From NCBI GenBank assembly GCA_963693365.1, contig CAVNZM010000002.1:7780454-7844453 (forward strand): 64,000 bases of DNA. Direction: 5' to 3'. Position 1 is the stretch's first letter; every line of letters starts with the position of its first letter. The stretch is from Amoebidium appalachense. Its lineage: Eukaryota; Protista; Ichthyosporea. Made by a program: the position numbers and the translations under genes. Below are positions 1-62,730 of the stretch, piece after piece. A model generated the notes under the pieces. It was given only the letters and a program-made list of their open reading frames with translations. It made no database searches and had not been told where the DNA came from.

Positions 1-753
1 TGTACGTTCAACTCCATGTCTCTCTCTTGCTCCTGTCACTGATCGGAAACCCTTTGAAACTCCCTGGCGTTCTCTCGTTCTGGTGAACATGTAACTCGCA
101 AAAACAGATAGCAAACCACTTTTTTTGGCCTGCGGGGGAAAGGGGAGGGAGGCAGCTGGGATAGTGAGAGCTAGGGGAACAGGTGTGACATCAGGTCAAA
201 CCGCTTCCCAACTGAAGGACTGCACACGGCTTTGCCCCCTCCCTCCCTCCCTGCCCCCCCTCCCCCTCCCCCCTTACCTCTCTTTCTCTCTTTCTTTCTC
301 CCCGCCCCCGCCCTCCCTCACTGCACTTCTATCATCATTTACCCCTCCCCCTCTCTCCCTTGCCCGTCCCCCCTCTTCCTCACTCCTACGATACCACTTG
401 CAAGTGTTGTACAAGATGATTTCCCGACCTTCTACCGTTTCACTGATTACGTTAAGTTTGTTTTTGCTTCTTGTCAATGCACCTCAACACAAAATACCGT
501 GGTTCTCCCCCCCCCCCCCCTCCCCCCCCCCCTTCTCCCCTCGGCCGAACCTGCTCGTGCCCCCCCTCCCCTCCCTCCGTTCCCTCCCGCCTTTGGGTTC
601 CGATCCCCCCCCCCCCCCTCCCCCCTATGAACACACATTTCACATGACAACTCCACAGTCCTCCCCCGCCCTCCCCTCACCTCCTCTTTTCCTTTCTAGG
701 GGTAACCCTACCCCTATTTCCTCGGACATTCACCACCGCATTCTAACCCAACC

Positions 754-799
<46 letters not shown>

Positions 800-824
800 A
801 AAAAAAAAAAATAAAAATTCACAG

Positions 825-7747
<6,923 letters not shown>

Positions 7748-8634
7748 AGGAATTAATGTTTGCGGCGGATTGGGGGGTGTAGATATATGGGATGGATATT
7801 TTTTAGGGCCTTAAAGGTAGAAGGTATGGGATTTTGGATAGTTTCGGGATACAAAGCGTGAGCTATAGCTGCTTAGGCGGCTGGCTGAGTGTAACGTTTT
7901 ATGTTTGCGGGTTTCTTGTTCTTTGAGAAGTGATGCGGTGGCGATGTACTTCTTGTTTTCATCACCGTTGGTGCCACTTTTGTGCTCAAAGTTTTTAATC
8001 GAAAGCATGTGAATAGATGCGAGTTTTTGTGTCTCTTTATGGATGTCTGCTGTATTTGCGAGAAATATGAATATTTTGACCTCTTTTTTGAGTTCTGTAA
8101 GTCGCCAAGTGTAGGATCTATATCATGTTTTTCATACAATGTTCAGGTATTTTAGGATGCACCTGTTATCGGGAAAACTCCTGAAAGTTTTTTTCTTGCC
8201 GGATCACAAGTATGCCGTGCATACTTACACCTCCATTGATTGAGTAAATCTAGATAAAGGGGAAAAAAATTGTTTTGACATGCAGCTATTGTATATCTGG
8301 TGTGGGCCGGGCAAGGGTTGTTCAAGGTTTGTAAGGATTTTAGCCATGGGCAGAGGGTGGGTGTGCATGCGTGTGTGCGTGTGTGCGTGTGTGCGCGTGT
8401 GCGTGTGTGTGCGCGCGTGTGTGTGTCGTGACATCGTGTGCCCGTAAATGGGGGATGGGTGGGTGTGTGTGTGGGGGGGGGGGGGGGGGGAAGGGGAGGA
8501 TAACTTCGATGATAAGAATTTGTTATTGTGTACTGTTAGAGTTCGGCCGAAGACACTTTCCATATCGGTTGAGAAGAAGAAATTGCCGCTGTGCGTGTCA
8601 CACGCGGTGTAGTAGGGTGGGGAATTTGGGGGGA

Positions 8635-8677
<43 letters not shown>

Positions 8678-8705
8678 GGGGGTATAAGAAATAAGATTAT
8701 GACAG

Positions 8706-9666
8706 CGACCTTCAAAAAAATATTATACCCCGCAACCATATTTTGTGGGGGTTCTTAATGGCGGACGGCATCTGTATACTGACCCGGATGTGCCGTGGGA
8801 GCTTGTGCCGCACAAGTACCCGACAAATATTAAGTTGAGCTATGATAGCAAGGAAGTTAATCGTGAACATTAAGGCGAAGAACAACAAGTTCCAATACAA
8901 CAGCTACACAGAGTGCGACAGCGACACATGGAACAACGAGGTGGTGGAGGTGTTTATCACAAGGAATGTGACGGCGCAGAAACCAGAGCACTACTGGGAG
9001 TTCCAGGTGACACCCAACGGCGTCAAGTTCATAAAGAAGATCTACAACCAGTATGTGGACCCCATCTATACCGTACCATTTTAAGTTTATAGCACTGTAA
9101 TGCTCCGTCGTGCTTTCCCGGCTTTCGAATTCTTGACAACCCCTCCCCCCCCCCCCCTCCCCCCCCCCCCCCCCCCCCCACCCCCCGGCCGTCTCTTTCC
9201 CCCTCCCTTCCTTCTCCCCTCCCCCCCCCCCCCCCCCCCCCTCCCTCCCTCCCTCCCTCCCCCCCCTTCCCCCAACCCCCGCGGTCCCCATGGGTAAACC
9301 TCTTTGTCCTCTACTACTGAGATCCCCCTTACCCCCCCACCCCCCCCCGTTTTCCCTCCCCTTTCTCCATTCCCTTGAAGGTCCTATGCCTACACATATA
9401 TGCATGGTTTTAGGCAACTTGCCGTCGTCATCCCCTCCCGAGCCCCATTAGCTCCAACTTAGCAACTTATCATGACACACATAACACATCACCAATTCAG
9501 CCACCTCACCTGGGACGCGCACAAACAGAAACGAGCCTCTGACCTACCCCTTCCACCTCCCCCACCTCCCCTCAATTATGATTGCACACTTTCCTGTCTT
9601 CTGACTGGCTATTTTACGGAATGCATATCATTTCATAAGGGGTAGCACTTTCTTTTTTTCTTCTTC

Positions 9667-9711
<45 letters not shown>

Positions 9712-9736
9712 CTTGGGTGTGTGTGTGTTTGTGTGT

Positions 9737-9793
<57 letters not shown>

Positions 9794-10193
9794 GGCTGAT
9801 TGAGATAACTTCATACCTACGGTATTGTTTCTTGGGAGAGGGCAGTTTGGTATTGTAGTGAAAACGAGATGCTTGGGTGGCGAACAGTGCATTCGTGTGA
9901 AGCTGAGTTAGGAAGGAGGGCAGGCCGGGGGGGTAAGGGGGTGAGGGGCCCGGGAGGGGGGGGGGGGGGGGGGGTGGAGCGCAAAGTTCCACATTCCCTT
10001 CTCCCTGATTGGCAAGGCAAACAAGTACCGCGGAACTATTTACTGCTACCAGGTGACGGATATGAAGGCTCTCCTCAAGAACAACAATGCGTGCGACATC
10101 CCGTTCTGCCTCTATCTCGGCGCGAATTGGCCTAAGGGAAACCCGAATTTCCATAACTCTGCCTTCTTTGCTTTCTGGGACCTCAAGAAGTAG
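8706..10193 (+). CDS. CBM9-like / DOMON-like carbohydrate-binding protein, frameshifted (pseudogene or assembly errors), 5' exon unresolved
   Basis: Exon ~8706-9050 encodes PTNIKLSYDSK/(1-nt shift)LIVNIKAK...WNNEVVEVFI...HYWEFQVTPNG. Exon 9859-10193 encodes HENEMLGW...(G-run shift)...WSAKFHIPFSLIG...NPNFHNSAFFAFWDLKK*. The W..EVVEVF, Y.EF.V.P.G, W....IP and P.FH motifs are typical of CBM9-like domains. Confidence 0.6.
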
Positions 10194-10290
10194 ATTTCAT
10201 ATATGAAAAGGCAAATTTTGGATTCTTTCTTTGCTTAAATTTCTGGGACCTCAAGAAGTAGATGTGACCTATGAAAACGTGAAAGTTTGG
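10173..10290 (+). repeat. Short tandem duplication of the CBM9-like stop-codon region
   Basis: TTCTGGGACCTCAAGAAGTAGAT...TATGAAAA occurs at ~10173 and ~10241. Confidence 0.8.
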
Positions 10291-10780
10291 GCTATTTACT
10301 GATAAAGGGGTTTCCGAACACTTGAGAAAGGTTAGTATAATGACGCAAAACTTGAGATAACTTATGCTGAACACAATCCGGGGTCTTTTCAAGTAGTCTG
10401 TGTATATGCACCAAGTACTTACGGGCCACGATTCTATCGAATAGCAAATGAAGTACCCAGGCCAACAATAATAACTCAAACAATGATTTACATACAGCTT
10501 TAAACAATGAAAAAACACTGCACAATACTGTACGCAAGTACGCATAGAGCCTGAGGGAAACCAATAAAAACTACGGCTCCCAACACAAAGTCACCAAATG
10601 TTATAGTAAGCTAGTAGTTGCTCGTGTCAATAGGTCAGGTGAATCTGGGATCGATATCATGATGCAAAAGTGACAAAGTTTGCCAGCGGGATGCAATGCG
10701 TGCTGGGTGATTCGATAAGGTTTACACAGTTCTAACTCAAATTTGCACGTTCCACTGTGAACAACCACAGAGAGCCCCAG

Positions 10781-10814
<34 letters not shown>

Positions 10815-10818
<4 letters not shown>

Positions 10819-10881
10819 CCCCGCCCCGCCTGCAGGTCCTGTGGGTTCTTCTTCTGGGCTGCAGGCGTTTTTTTTTTTTTT

Positions 10882-10913
<32 letters not shown>

Positions 10914-11084
10914 GGACACCCCCCCCGTGCACCGTGACACGGAGACACTGAGACACCCACCCACCCACATTGTGATACACACGTGCACACACACACCGTG
11001 ACACACGACACACACAAACACACCTAGTGGCAAACGAGCACAAAATCCGAATGAGCACACAGACATGCACACATTCTCGCACAG

Positions 11085-11085
<1 letters not shown>
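10815..11085 (-). repeat. Solo copy of the internal repeat unit of the Tc1/mariner-like element at 26253-28334
   Basis: Reverse complement reads GCTGTGCGAGAATGTGTGCATGTCTGTGTG...CACGTGTGTATCACAATGTGGG...GTGTCTCCGTGTCACGGTGCACGG...C(n)A(n), matching 27898-28200. Confidence 0.75.
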
Positions 11086-11130
<45 letters not shown>

Positions 11131-11134
11131 GCCA

Positions 11135-11188
11135 TCCCCCTCTGGGGCCCCCTCTCCACCCCCTCTCAGGGCCCTCTCCCCCCCCCCC

Positions 11189-11220
<32 letters not shown>

Positions 11221-11313
11221 AGATAGATAGAGAGCTATCTAGATAGAGAGAGAGAGAGAGAGAGAGAGGGAGAGGGCCCTGAGAGGCGTGGAGAGGGGGG
11301 CCCCAGAGGGGGA
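11135..11313. repeat. ~180-bp palindrome / fold-back element
   Basis: TCCCCCTCTGGGGCCCCCTCTCCAC..CCTCTCAGGGCCCTCTCCC..(CT)n is mirrored by (AG)n..GGGAGAGGGCCCTGAGAGG..GTGGAGAGGGGGGCCCCAGAGGGGGA around an ATCTAGAT centre. Confidence 0.8.
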
Positions 11314-11452
11314 GAGGGGGGGGGGGGGGGGGAGAGAGAGAGAGAAACTCAGAGAGAGAGAAAGAGGGAGGGAGAGGGAGAAAGAGAGAGAGAGAGGCGA
11401 GCCTCAGGGAGAGAGAGAAAGAGAGAGAGGGGGGCCGTTATAAGTTACTTAC

Positions 11453-11509
11453 GAGAGGAGACTGTAAGCACTGCCAATGCGTAGCACGTGCACATGAGCA
11501 CGATCCTCA
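11453..11509 (-). pseudogene. Short relic of a rolling-stone/AIG1-like exon
   Basis: CACTGCCAATGCGTAGCAC(GTGCAC)ATGAGCACGATCCTCA matches 62199-62233 apart from a 6-bp insertion and one substitution. Translates as RIVLMCTCYALAVLTVSS versus RIVLMCYALAVIITS. Confidence 0.55.
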
Positions 11510-12372
11510 GCCTGGAACAGCTCAACTTGCAAGGCTATCCTGGGAGAAAGATGATAAATCTGCGGATAGATGGGGGGGCTAGGGATGGAAAAAAAAAGGG
11601 GATAGATCGTCGGGATAGTCAAGCACAGAGTCTGGCTCGGATTATCTGGGATATGATCTTTGATAATAATTAGGTCGAAGTTGGGATAGAGGAGGGTTTA
11701 TGTACACTAGTGTACACGCCCTTGTCCCTCGGCCCAGGCGCCGCCGCGTGCCTAACTAGGCCTACAATATAGAAGTTTTTTGGAATCTGAGATACAGCCA
11801 GGAGACTTTTGGCGTAGAATAAATAGATGGACTCAATGCCATCTTCGAGCTGAATGAATGGATGAGCTTACCACTGCTACGGGAGAATAGGACAAAGCTA
11901 AGGAATGTGATCTGGCATTCCAGCACCTAATATTATATTAGCGCTGGCCCATGGACATTTTTAACGAATACATGGAGATGGGTACTAACTAGCACACCAG
12001 GCTCATCGGTTGTATACATAAATTAGGGTAAAAAAAAAGAAAAGCAAGAACGAAAAAAAAGAAAGGAAAGAAAAAAACTTCTCCACTTCCAAGAAATTTG
12101 GGTTTACATATTCATAGTTTGTGCCGTTTTTATTCTCCACTCCCACGCGTCTGGGGTTGCAATTGGCATGTGCCGGCACAAAGTGACTTTCGAAGTTATG
12201 ACATATGCATAGCATTGCATACATGCGCAGTACAAACGGTCACTCAGAGACAAACAAACGTTTCACATCGGAGTTTTATCAGAGTACAGTACAACTTGAT
12301 GATGGATGATAAACTTTGCCGAAAATAACTCATGACGTGCGTGTTTCTGGGCTCAATTCTCAGACTTTCGCT

Positions 12373-56502
<44,130 letters not shown>

Positions 56503-56663
56503 TGGTGGCGGTGGTGCTGGTGGAACGGGTGTCTCTCAGGGGTCATCCCTGGAACTTAACGCACCGGGGGGTAGTGGAGGTGTTGGGGGTAGTGGGGGAG
56601 GGGCGGGAGCGGGGGCGAGAACTGGACGCACGTCTTTGCAACATGTTCCTGAGTAGAATGCCT

Positions 56664-56711
<48 letters not shown>

Positions 56712-57450
56712 GGGCTGGCAATCACTGGCTATAAGAGGGGGTTTCAGATGATATGTGCAGTTACTGTATATGTTAACGTGTCTTCCCGATATCGTACCTG
56801 AAAGTGGAAACATAGTATAACAGCAGAATTTTGAAGGGTGGGCTGGCCACAGAAAGTTTAGATAACGCAGGAACTTGTTTGATAAATTGTTAGAGCACCT
56901 ACAATAGGACCCATTTCGGAAAACATTGCAGGCTGAAAATCTTGCGGAGTGGATAAGGAGGAAGAAAGGGGGGGGGAGGGGGGGGGGGGGGGGGAGGAAA
57001 GGGGGGAGGGGGGGGGGTGGGCTTCGTCAAATGTGAATAGCTTGGAGTTAGGGATGTTTTCTTTTTAGCTGTATGGTGTGGCATTTAGTAGCCCCGAAGA
57101 TGTAGGTTTTTAGCCATGTTCAACATGTAGCACTGAGTGAGAAGGAGGGGGGTAGGGGGGGTATGGGTGGTTACACCGTTAAAGCTTCAATATTCCTACT
57201 TTTTTTATTGTTTTATAATATTCTTGAATGAATCTGTACTATGAAGCCTAATTGAGAAGAATCTCTTTCACAGCCTTGGATAGTTATTACATCTCCCGTG
57301 GGCAGGCGGGCAATGGAATTTGGTGAACTTAAACCCCAAAGAGAACACTTACCTTTGCAGTTATATAATTCTCTTTTTTAAAGCTGCCATAAGAATAAAA
57401 CACTTGGCACAGGTCTGTTCACTTTCACACCGGCTTGAAAACTATGGATA

Positions 57451-57481
<31 letters not shown>

Positions 57482-58067
57482 AAAGAACGGATAAATAAAA
57501 AAGAATGTGCAAAAAGAGAATATTTTGTCGGCAGATACATACCCATGCGGCCGAAATCCCCCCCCCCCCCCCCCCCCCCCCCGTCCCCCCTTCCTCATCC
57601 TCCTGATATTCACTCCAATTGTGGAAGCATCTGAACCGCCTCTGACGATAGACTCTGTTGAACTTGTCTCAGAGTGCCTGCAGATTATCAAAGAATTTGT
57701 TTTTTCTTTCCCATTTTGGTTCAAGTGTAGATTTGAATTCTTGTAACTGTTTGGCTATATTTCTAGGTCTCCGTTTTATTTCCAACCCTCTAATTCTACG
57801 TGCACACATCCCCCGTGTGTGCCTGCACATGTACATGCGCATAAACATCCCGGCAACCGTTTGATGTAGCACATGCATCATGAACATGCAGATGCATTCA
57901 CCCACACCACACATACACATACATTCCCCACCACCCACTGGCAGACATGCACACCAACATTGCACAGTGAGCATGATAACCTTGCCCACAATAATTCATA
58001 ATTTAGAAATAGTTGACCGTAGCATGTGTGAGTGAGTGTGTGTGTGTGTGTGTACGTGTGTGTGTGT

Positions 58068-58100
<33 letters not shown>

Positions 58101-58429
58101 ATGGTGTGTGTAGGTGTGCTTGTGTGCGTGTGCATGTGCACGTGCATTTACTTGTGTAAACGAGCAGCGGCGAGGGGGGGGGGGGGGGGGAGGATGACCA
58201 TGAGTGGAGAGAGGGAGAGGGGATTAAGAAAATGATATAAAGCGTGAAGTGCGTCCGGCAGAAGAAGAGCACCGACACGAGCGGGTGGGAATTGTGTGTG
58301 CGACGGTGTGTGTGTGTGTGTGTGTATGTGGGCGTGTGTGTGTGTGGGCGTGTGGGTGTGTGGGTGCTTGTGTGCGTTGTGTGTTTGTGTGTGTGTGTGT
58401 GCGGCGCACGCGCGCGCGCGCACGTGTGT

Positions 58430-58460
<31 letters not shown>

Positions 58461-59137
58461 GGGGGAGGGGGAGGAGGGGAGGGAGGGATTATGCATCAGT
58501 GGCCAAAACGGAGGTGATTCCTCCGAAAGAGAAGGTAAAAAAAAAAAAAAAAGAATGAAAAAAAGTAACAAATACAACCTTTGGTGGCTTGGAAAGCGCT
58601 TCTGGCCATAATAATCACACACATGCCTCCGGGGGGGGGGGGGGGATGGAGGGGGGGGGGGGGATGGAGGGGCGGGGGGATGGAGGGGGGGGGGGGGATG
58701 GAGGGGGGGGGGGGAGGACCCACCATCCCCCTCGACTAGGTGCCACTCGGTACCTCCCCGGGGGCACCCACCCTTGCGGCTACCTTGGGGAAGGGGGGGA
58801 AGGGGGGGGGGGGGAGGAGGGGGAGAGGAGGGGGGGGGGAGGAGGGGGGGGGAGGAGGGGGGGGGGAGGGAGGGGGGGAGGAGGGGGGGGGGGAGGAGGG
58901 GGGGACCCACCCAACCCCCGGAGTGGATGGGTCGAGGGGGGTACCACCAGGGGGGACGTCGATATTTACTACTCCCCACCCTCCCATTTCAAATTCAAAA
59001 ATCCCTTGCATCGGTCAATAACTCAGTACTGGGTGACTCGGTAAGGTCTACACAGCACTAACTTTGCACGTGCCACGTCGTGGGTGTATATAAGAAGCAC
59101 AGAAGGATTTCTCTCTGTGCCCCCCCCCCCCTCCCCG

Positions 59138-59175
<38 letters not shown>

Positions 59176-59654
59176 CAGACCCCATCTATGTATTAAATGA
59201 GAAGTGTCCTTGACATAAGGGAGACAAAAAATGTCGGAGAACTCTCCGAACAATTTGACCGTTCTCACTGAACTATTTGAGCCGTATCCATCCATTGAAA
59301 AATATTGTGGGAATGGATTTGGTCGTTTTGCAGTTTATCCTGCCAAGTGGAGCACTCACTATTAAAATGTCTCCCGGCCTCCCGTGCAAGGTTCAGATAA
59401 TGATTCTAAAGAAGCCCCCCTCCCCCTCTCTCCCTCCCTCTCCGTCTCCGCCTCTCTCTCTCTCTCAGTTTCTCTGTCTGTCTATCTCTCTCTCTTTCCC
59501 CCCCCAACCTCCCTCCCTCCCTCCCTCCCCCTCCCTTTCACTCTCTCTCTCACTCTCTCTCTCCCTCTCTCCCTCCTTCCCTCCCTCCCTCCCTCCCTCC
59601 CTCCCTCCCTTGCTCCCTCCCTCCCTCATTCCCTTCCTCCCCCCCCCCCCCCCC

Positions 59655-59726
<72 letters not shown>

Positions 59727-60516
59727 CCCGCCCCCACCCTCTCTCTCTCTCTCTCCCCCCCCCCCCCCCCTCTCCCTCTCACCCGCCCTACCCTCTCTCT
59801 CTCTATCCCCTTCCCCCCACTCTCTCTATACCCCCCCCCTCCCCGGGGGCCCCTCTCTATCTCCCTCTCTCCCTCCCTCTCCCTCCACTATCCCCCCTCC
59901 CCCCCCTCTCCGTTCCTCTCTCCTTTCCTTTTGCGTCCCGCTGCCAGGGAACTGGTTACCGTGATAAAACCAACGAAGCCTCGTACACTTTTTTTTGCAC
60001 GTGTTATGTGCACGGCACAGGGCACACCTCTACAGGCATGGAGATTTCTCACACACTTGCACTGCATTTTCTCAAACTACGGTAAATTGTAAGTAATTTG
60101 TACGAAAACACCGTCACATGCCGCACTAAACGTTGATAGAGTGATAGTCGAGTCAAAAAGTGCATCGCTGTGGTCTCATATGCTTTGCTTTTTTTGGAAA
60201 GCATGCAGTCTTGAGAAGTACTGAAAACAAAAGACCAGTGTTTCTGAATAGGCAATGATTTAAGTTACATAGTCACAACCCAGCTACTAATTTAACTAGT
60301 TGCACGACTCTGTGTTGTTTGAACAAGCAGGACATATCATCCTTTGTCTAATGATATCCCTAAGGCTTAACACATGTACACTAACTATTAATGCATGTCT
60401 GCTCTATTTTTGATGTTAGCCCAATGAGCGAAGTTACTACATTTGCCATACAGCAATGTGCCCGATTAGTAAGCGTTGAAAAAAAAAACACGGAACACAC
60501 GTACATCCTAACTCAG

Positions 60517-60886
60517 TTATTCCTTGCCAAAGCGCACAAAGAGTTTTTCTCTACCCACGTGCACAAAGAAACACACTGTCCAAATAAGGCAAGCCCCAAA
60601 AATCAGGGTGGGGTAGCGGAACCAGGCATCCGGGGTGGTAATGTCCAGGAACCAGTAGGTCCATCCGAACCCTGTGAAGTAGAAAATCCACGTGTACACG
60701 AAGTAGCCGAGCACAAAGGCGACGAAAAAGTAGATGTGGCCGAAAACAAAAATCTGGCGGTTGCATGAAAATTCAATCAGCATCACCACGCCGTCCATGC
60801 CGTGCAGGCTGAGGTTGGTCCATGCTCGCAGGCTCTCGCTCCAGGCAGCTGTTTTTTTTTTTTGTTTGTTTTTTGTTTGTTTTTTT

Positions 60887-60927
<41 letters not shown>

Positions 60928-61087
60928 GTAACTGTTAGTGGTTTGTTATTGTCTGCATGGTGTGTGTAACCTTCCTTTTGATTGCACGATGATATACCGT
61001 ATGCGGCTCTCTACCTACCTATAGCATTTTTCTTTTGACTGCGAAGATAGCCACATGCCCCTATTTTTTTTTTTCTTTTTTGGGGAG

Positions 61088-61118
<31 letters not shown>

Positions 61119-62540
61119 CGGGGGAAGGGTGGGGGGAACACTTACGTGCCCAGGACCTCAGGCAAGTCCAAAACAAGATCGGTACGATGATCTTAAACGT
61201 GAACATGGCCTCGTACAAGATCCAGTATGCAAGGTTGATCCACCGCGGCTGCGACTCGAAACTGTGTGGCTTGCCCTCACTCCCTTGTCGGACATAGAGT
61301 GCTGTAGGTAATGGAATCAGCTAAAATGATCAAAATTGTACGTGAAGTACCACCGTACTTACACATATTACGTAACCATTTACTAATTGGATGACTGTTA
61401 CGTACAGCTCTTAGACTCTCTAAGGTAGGGTCTCAAAATAGCTTGAATCAGTAATCTAATTAGACTCGAGGCTCTTATAATCCGGATTCCAAGCACATAC
61501 AGTAATAGATCGAAGCAATGAAGTCATGAATAGTTGTTGGGAATGGGAAAAAGCGGGCGGGAGGAGAGGGGGAAGGGGGGGGGGGGGGGGGGGGGGAGGG
61601 GGAGAGCGAGAGAGAGAGAGCGAGAGAGAGAGAGACTGAGAGAGTGTGTGTGTGTGTGTGTGTGCGTGTGTGCGTGTGTATGTTTTGGGGGGGGGGGGGG
61701 GGGGGAGGGGAGGGGGGGCAGGTGGTGTCTGCCGAGGGATACGGAGGAGTACTACTTTGGGAGTTTGAAACACATATATATGCCCCTGGGTTTAACATTT
61801 GCCTTTGAAATCACTGAATGCCTTAATAGCAGTAGAAGAAGGGGAAATGATGGGCACATACCTGTGTGGGCTACAGCCTGGATGAGGTAGATGGTCATGC
61901 CGATGTACGTCAGCTGCGTGCAGTAGCGAAGCTGCAATTGGGCATTTAGATGTCATCAGAATGCTACTATGTAATCGATATCTACATATTGAAAAACCCG
62001 GAGAATTCCGACAAGACTCAGGTAAGAAACGTAAGATCTTGTAGCAGAGGATTTTGAAAAAGCAAAGAAAAACTGGTTGTGGGGATGGGAGCATTCGGGA
62101 TCTATAGTATTGGTAGACACAGCCATGCCCTTTTATGCATGTTCGGAGGAACCTACCCAAAGGCCATGGTCGAAGTCAAGCACAGCAGAAGTAATAATCA
62201 CTGCCAGTGCGTAGCACATGAGCACGATCCTCACACACAGCAACCCCCATGCAGGCAGGAATTGTGACGTAACAAATCTCTCCGTGTCCAGGTAGTGCAA
62301 CTTGAGCTGCCAACACTGTGCCCTCCACCCGCCAGCGTGGTACGTCAACAGTTCACTGTCTTTGTCTTGTTTCTGGTCTGCAACTTCAACAATGCACACT
62401 GTTTCTAAATTTGCGGGTTTGAATTCGAAGTCGTGGGACTTCTTGGAATGCGCAGCTTCGACCTCCGCGGTGAATGTGGGGCTCTGCATAGTGGATTCAG
62501 TGTTTGCGTTCGCAGAGTTGTAATCAGCTTGAGCTGCCAT
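60517..62540 (-). CDS. Rolling-stone / FAR-17a/AIG1-like multipass membrane protein, 4 exons
   Basis: Exons 62540-62157, 61931-61862, 61301-61146, 60848-60517 (TAA). About 6 hydrophobic helices with FVTS, LRYCTQLTY (Thr), IVPILFW, SLHGMD...IEF (His) and GWTYWFLD motifs. Confidence 0.8.
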
Positions 62541-62730
62541 GATGGCTGGTAACCGATTGCTGCTGAAACACAAAGAACAAGAGTATCTGACAGAGTCAAT
62601 CGGGCTGCGACGCTTCTTCAACTGAGCGGATGACCATTTATATACCTGTTGGATGGATCATGCATCCAATCATAATAGCGTTAAGGTGTCATCCAATCGT
62701 TACAAACGCACCAGATCCGCCAATCAGATG

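Noticed and set aside
400-460. Candidate upstream OTC exon (DDFPTFYRFTDY)
   Set aside because: It resembles the expected ..xDx motif, but its GT donor is phase 0 while exon 825 needs phase 1; left unresolved.
11735-11762. Helitron-like 3' end (GC hairpin plus CTAG)
   Set aside because: The hairpin is too close to CTAG, there is no following T, and no matching 5' TC end or second copy was found.
56800-60300. Possible additional minus-strand exons
   Set aside because: Splice-like sites exist (e.g. 57345-57445), but I could not build an open, phase-consistent or recognisable protein.
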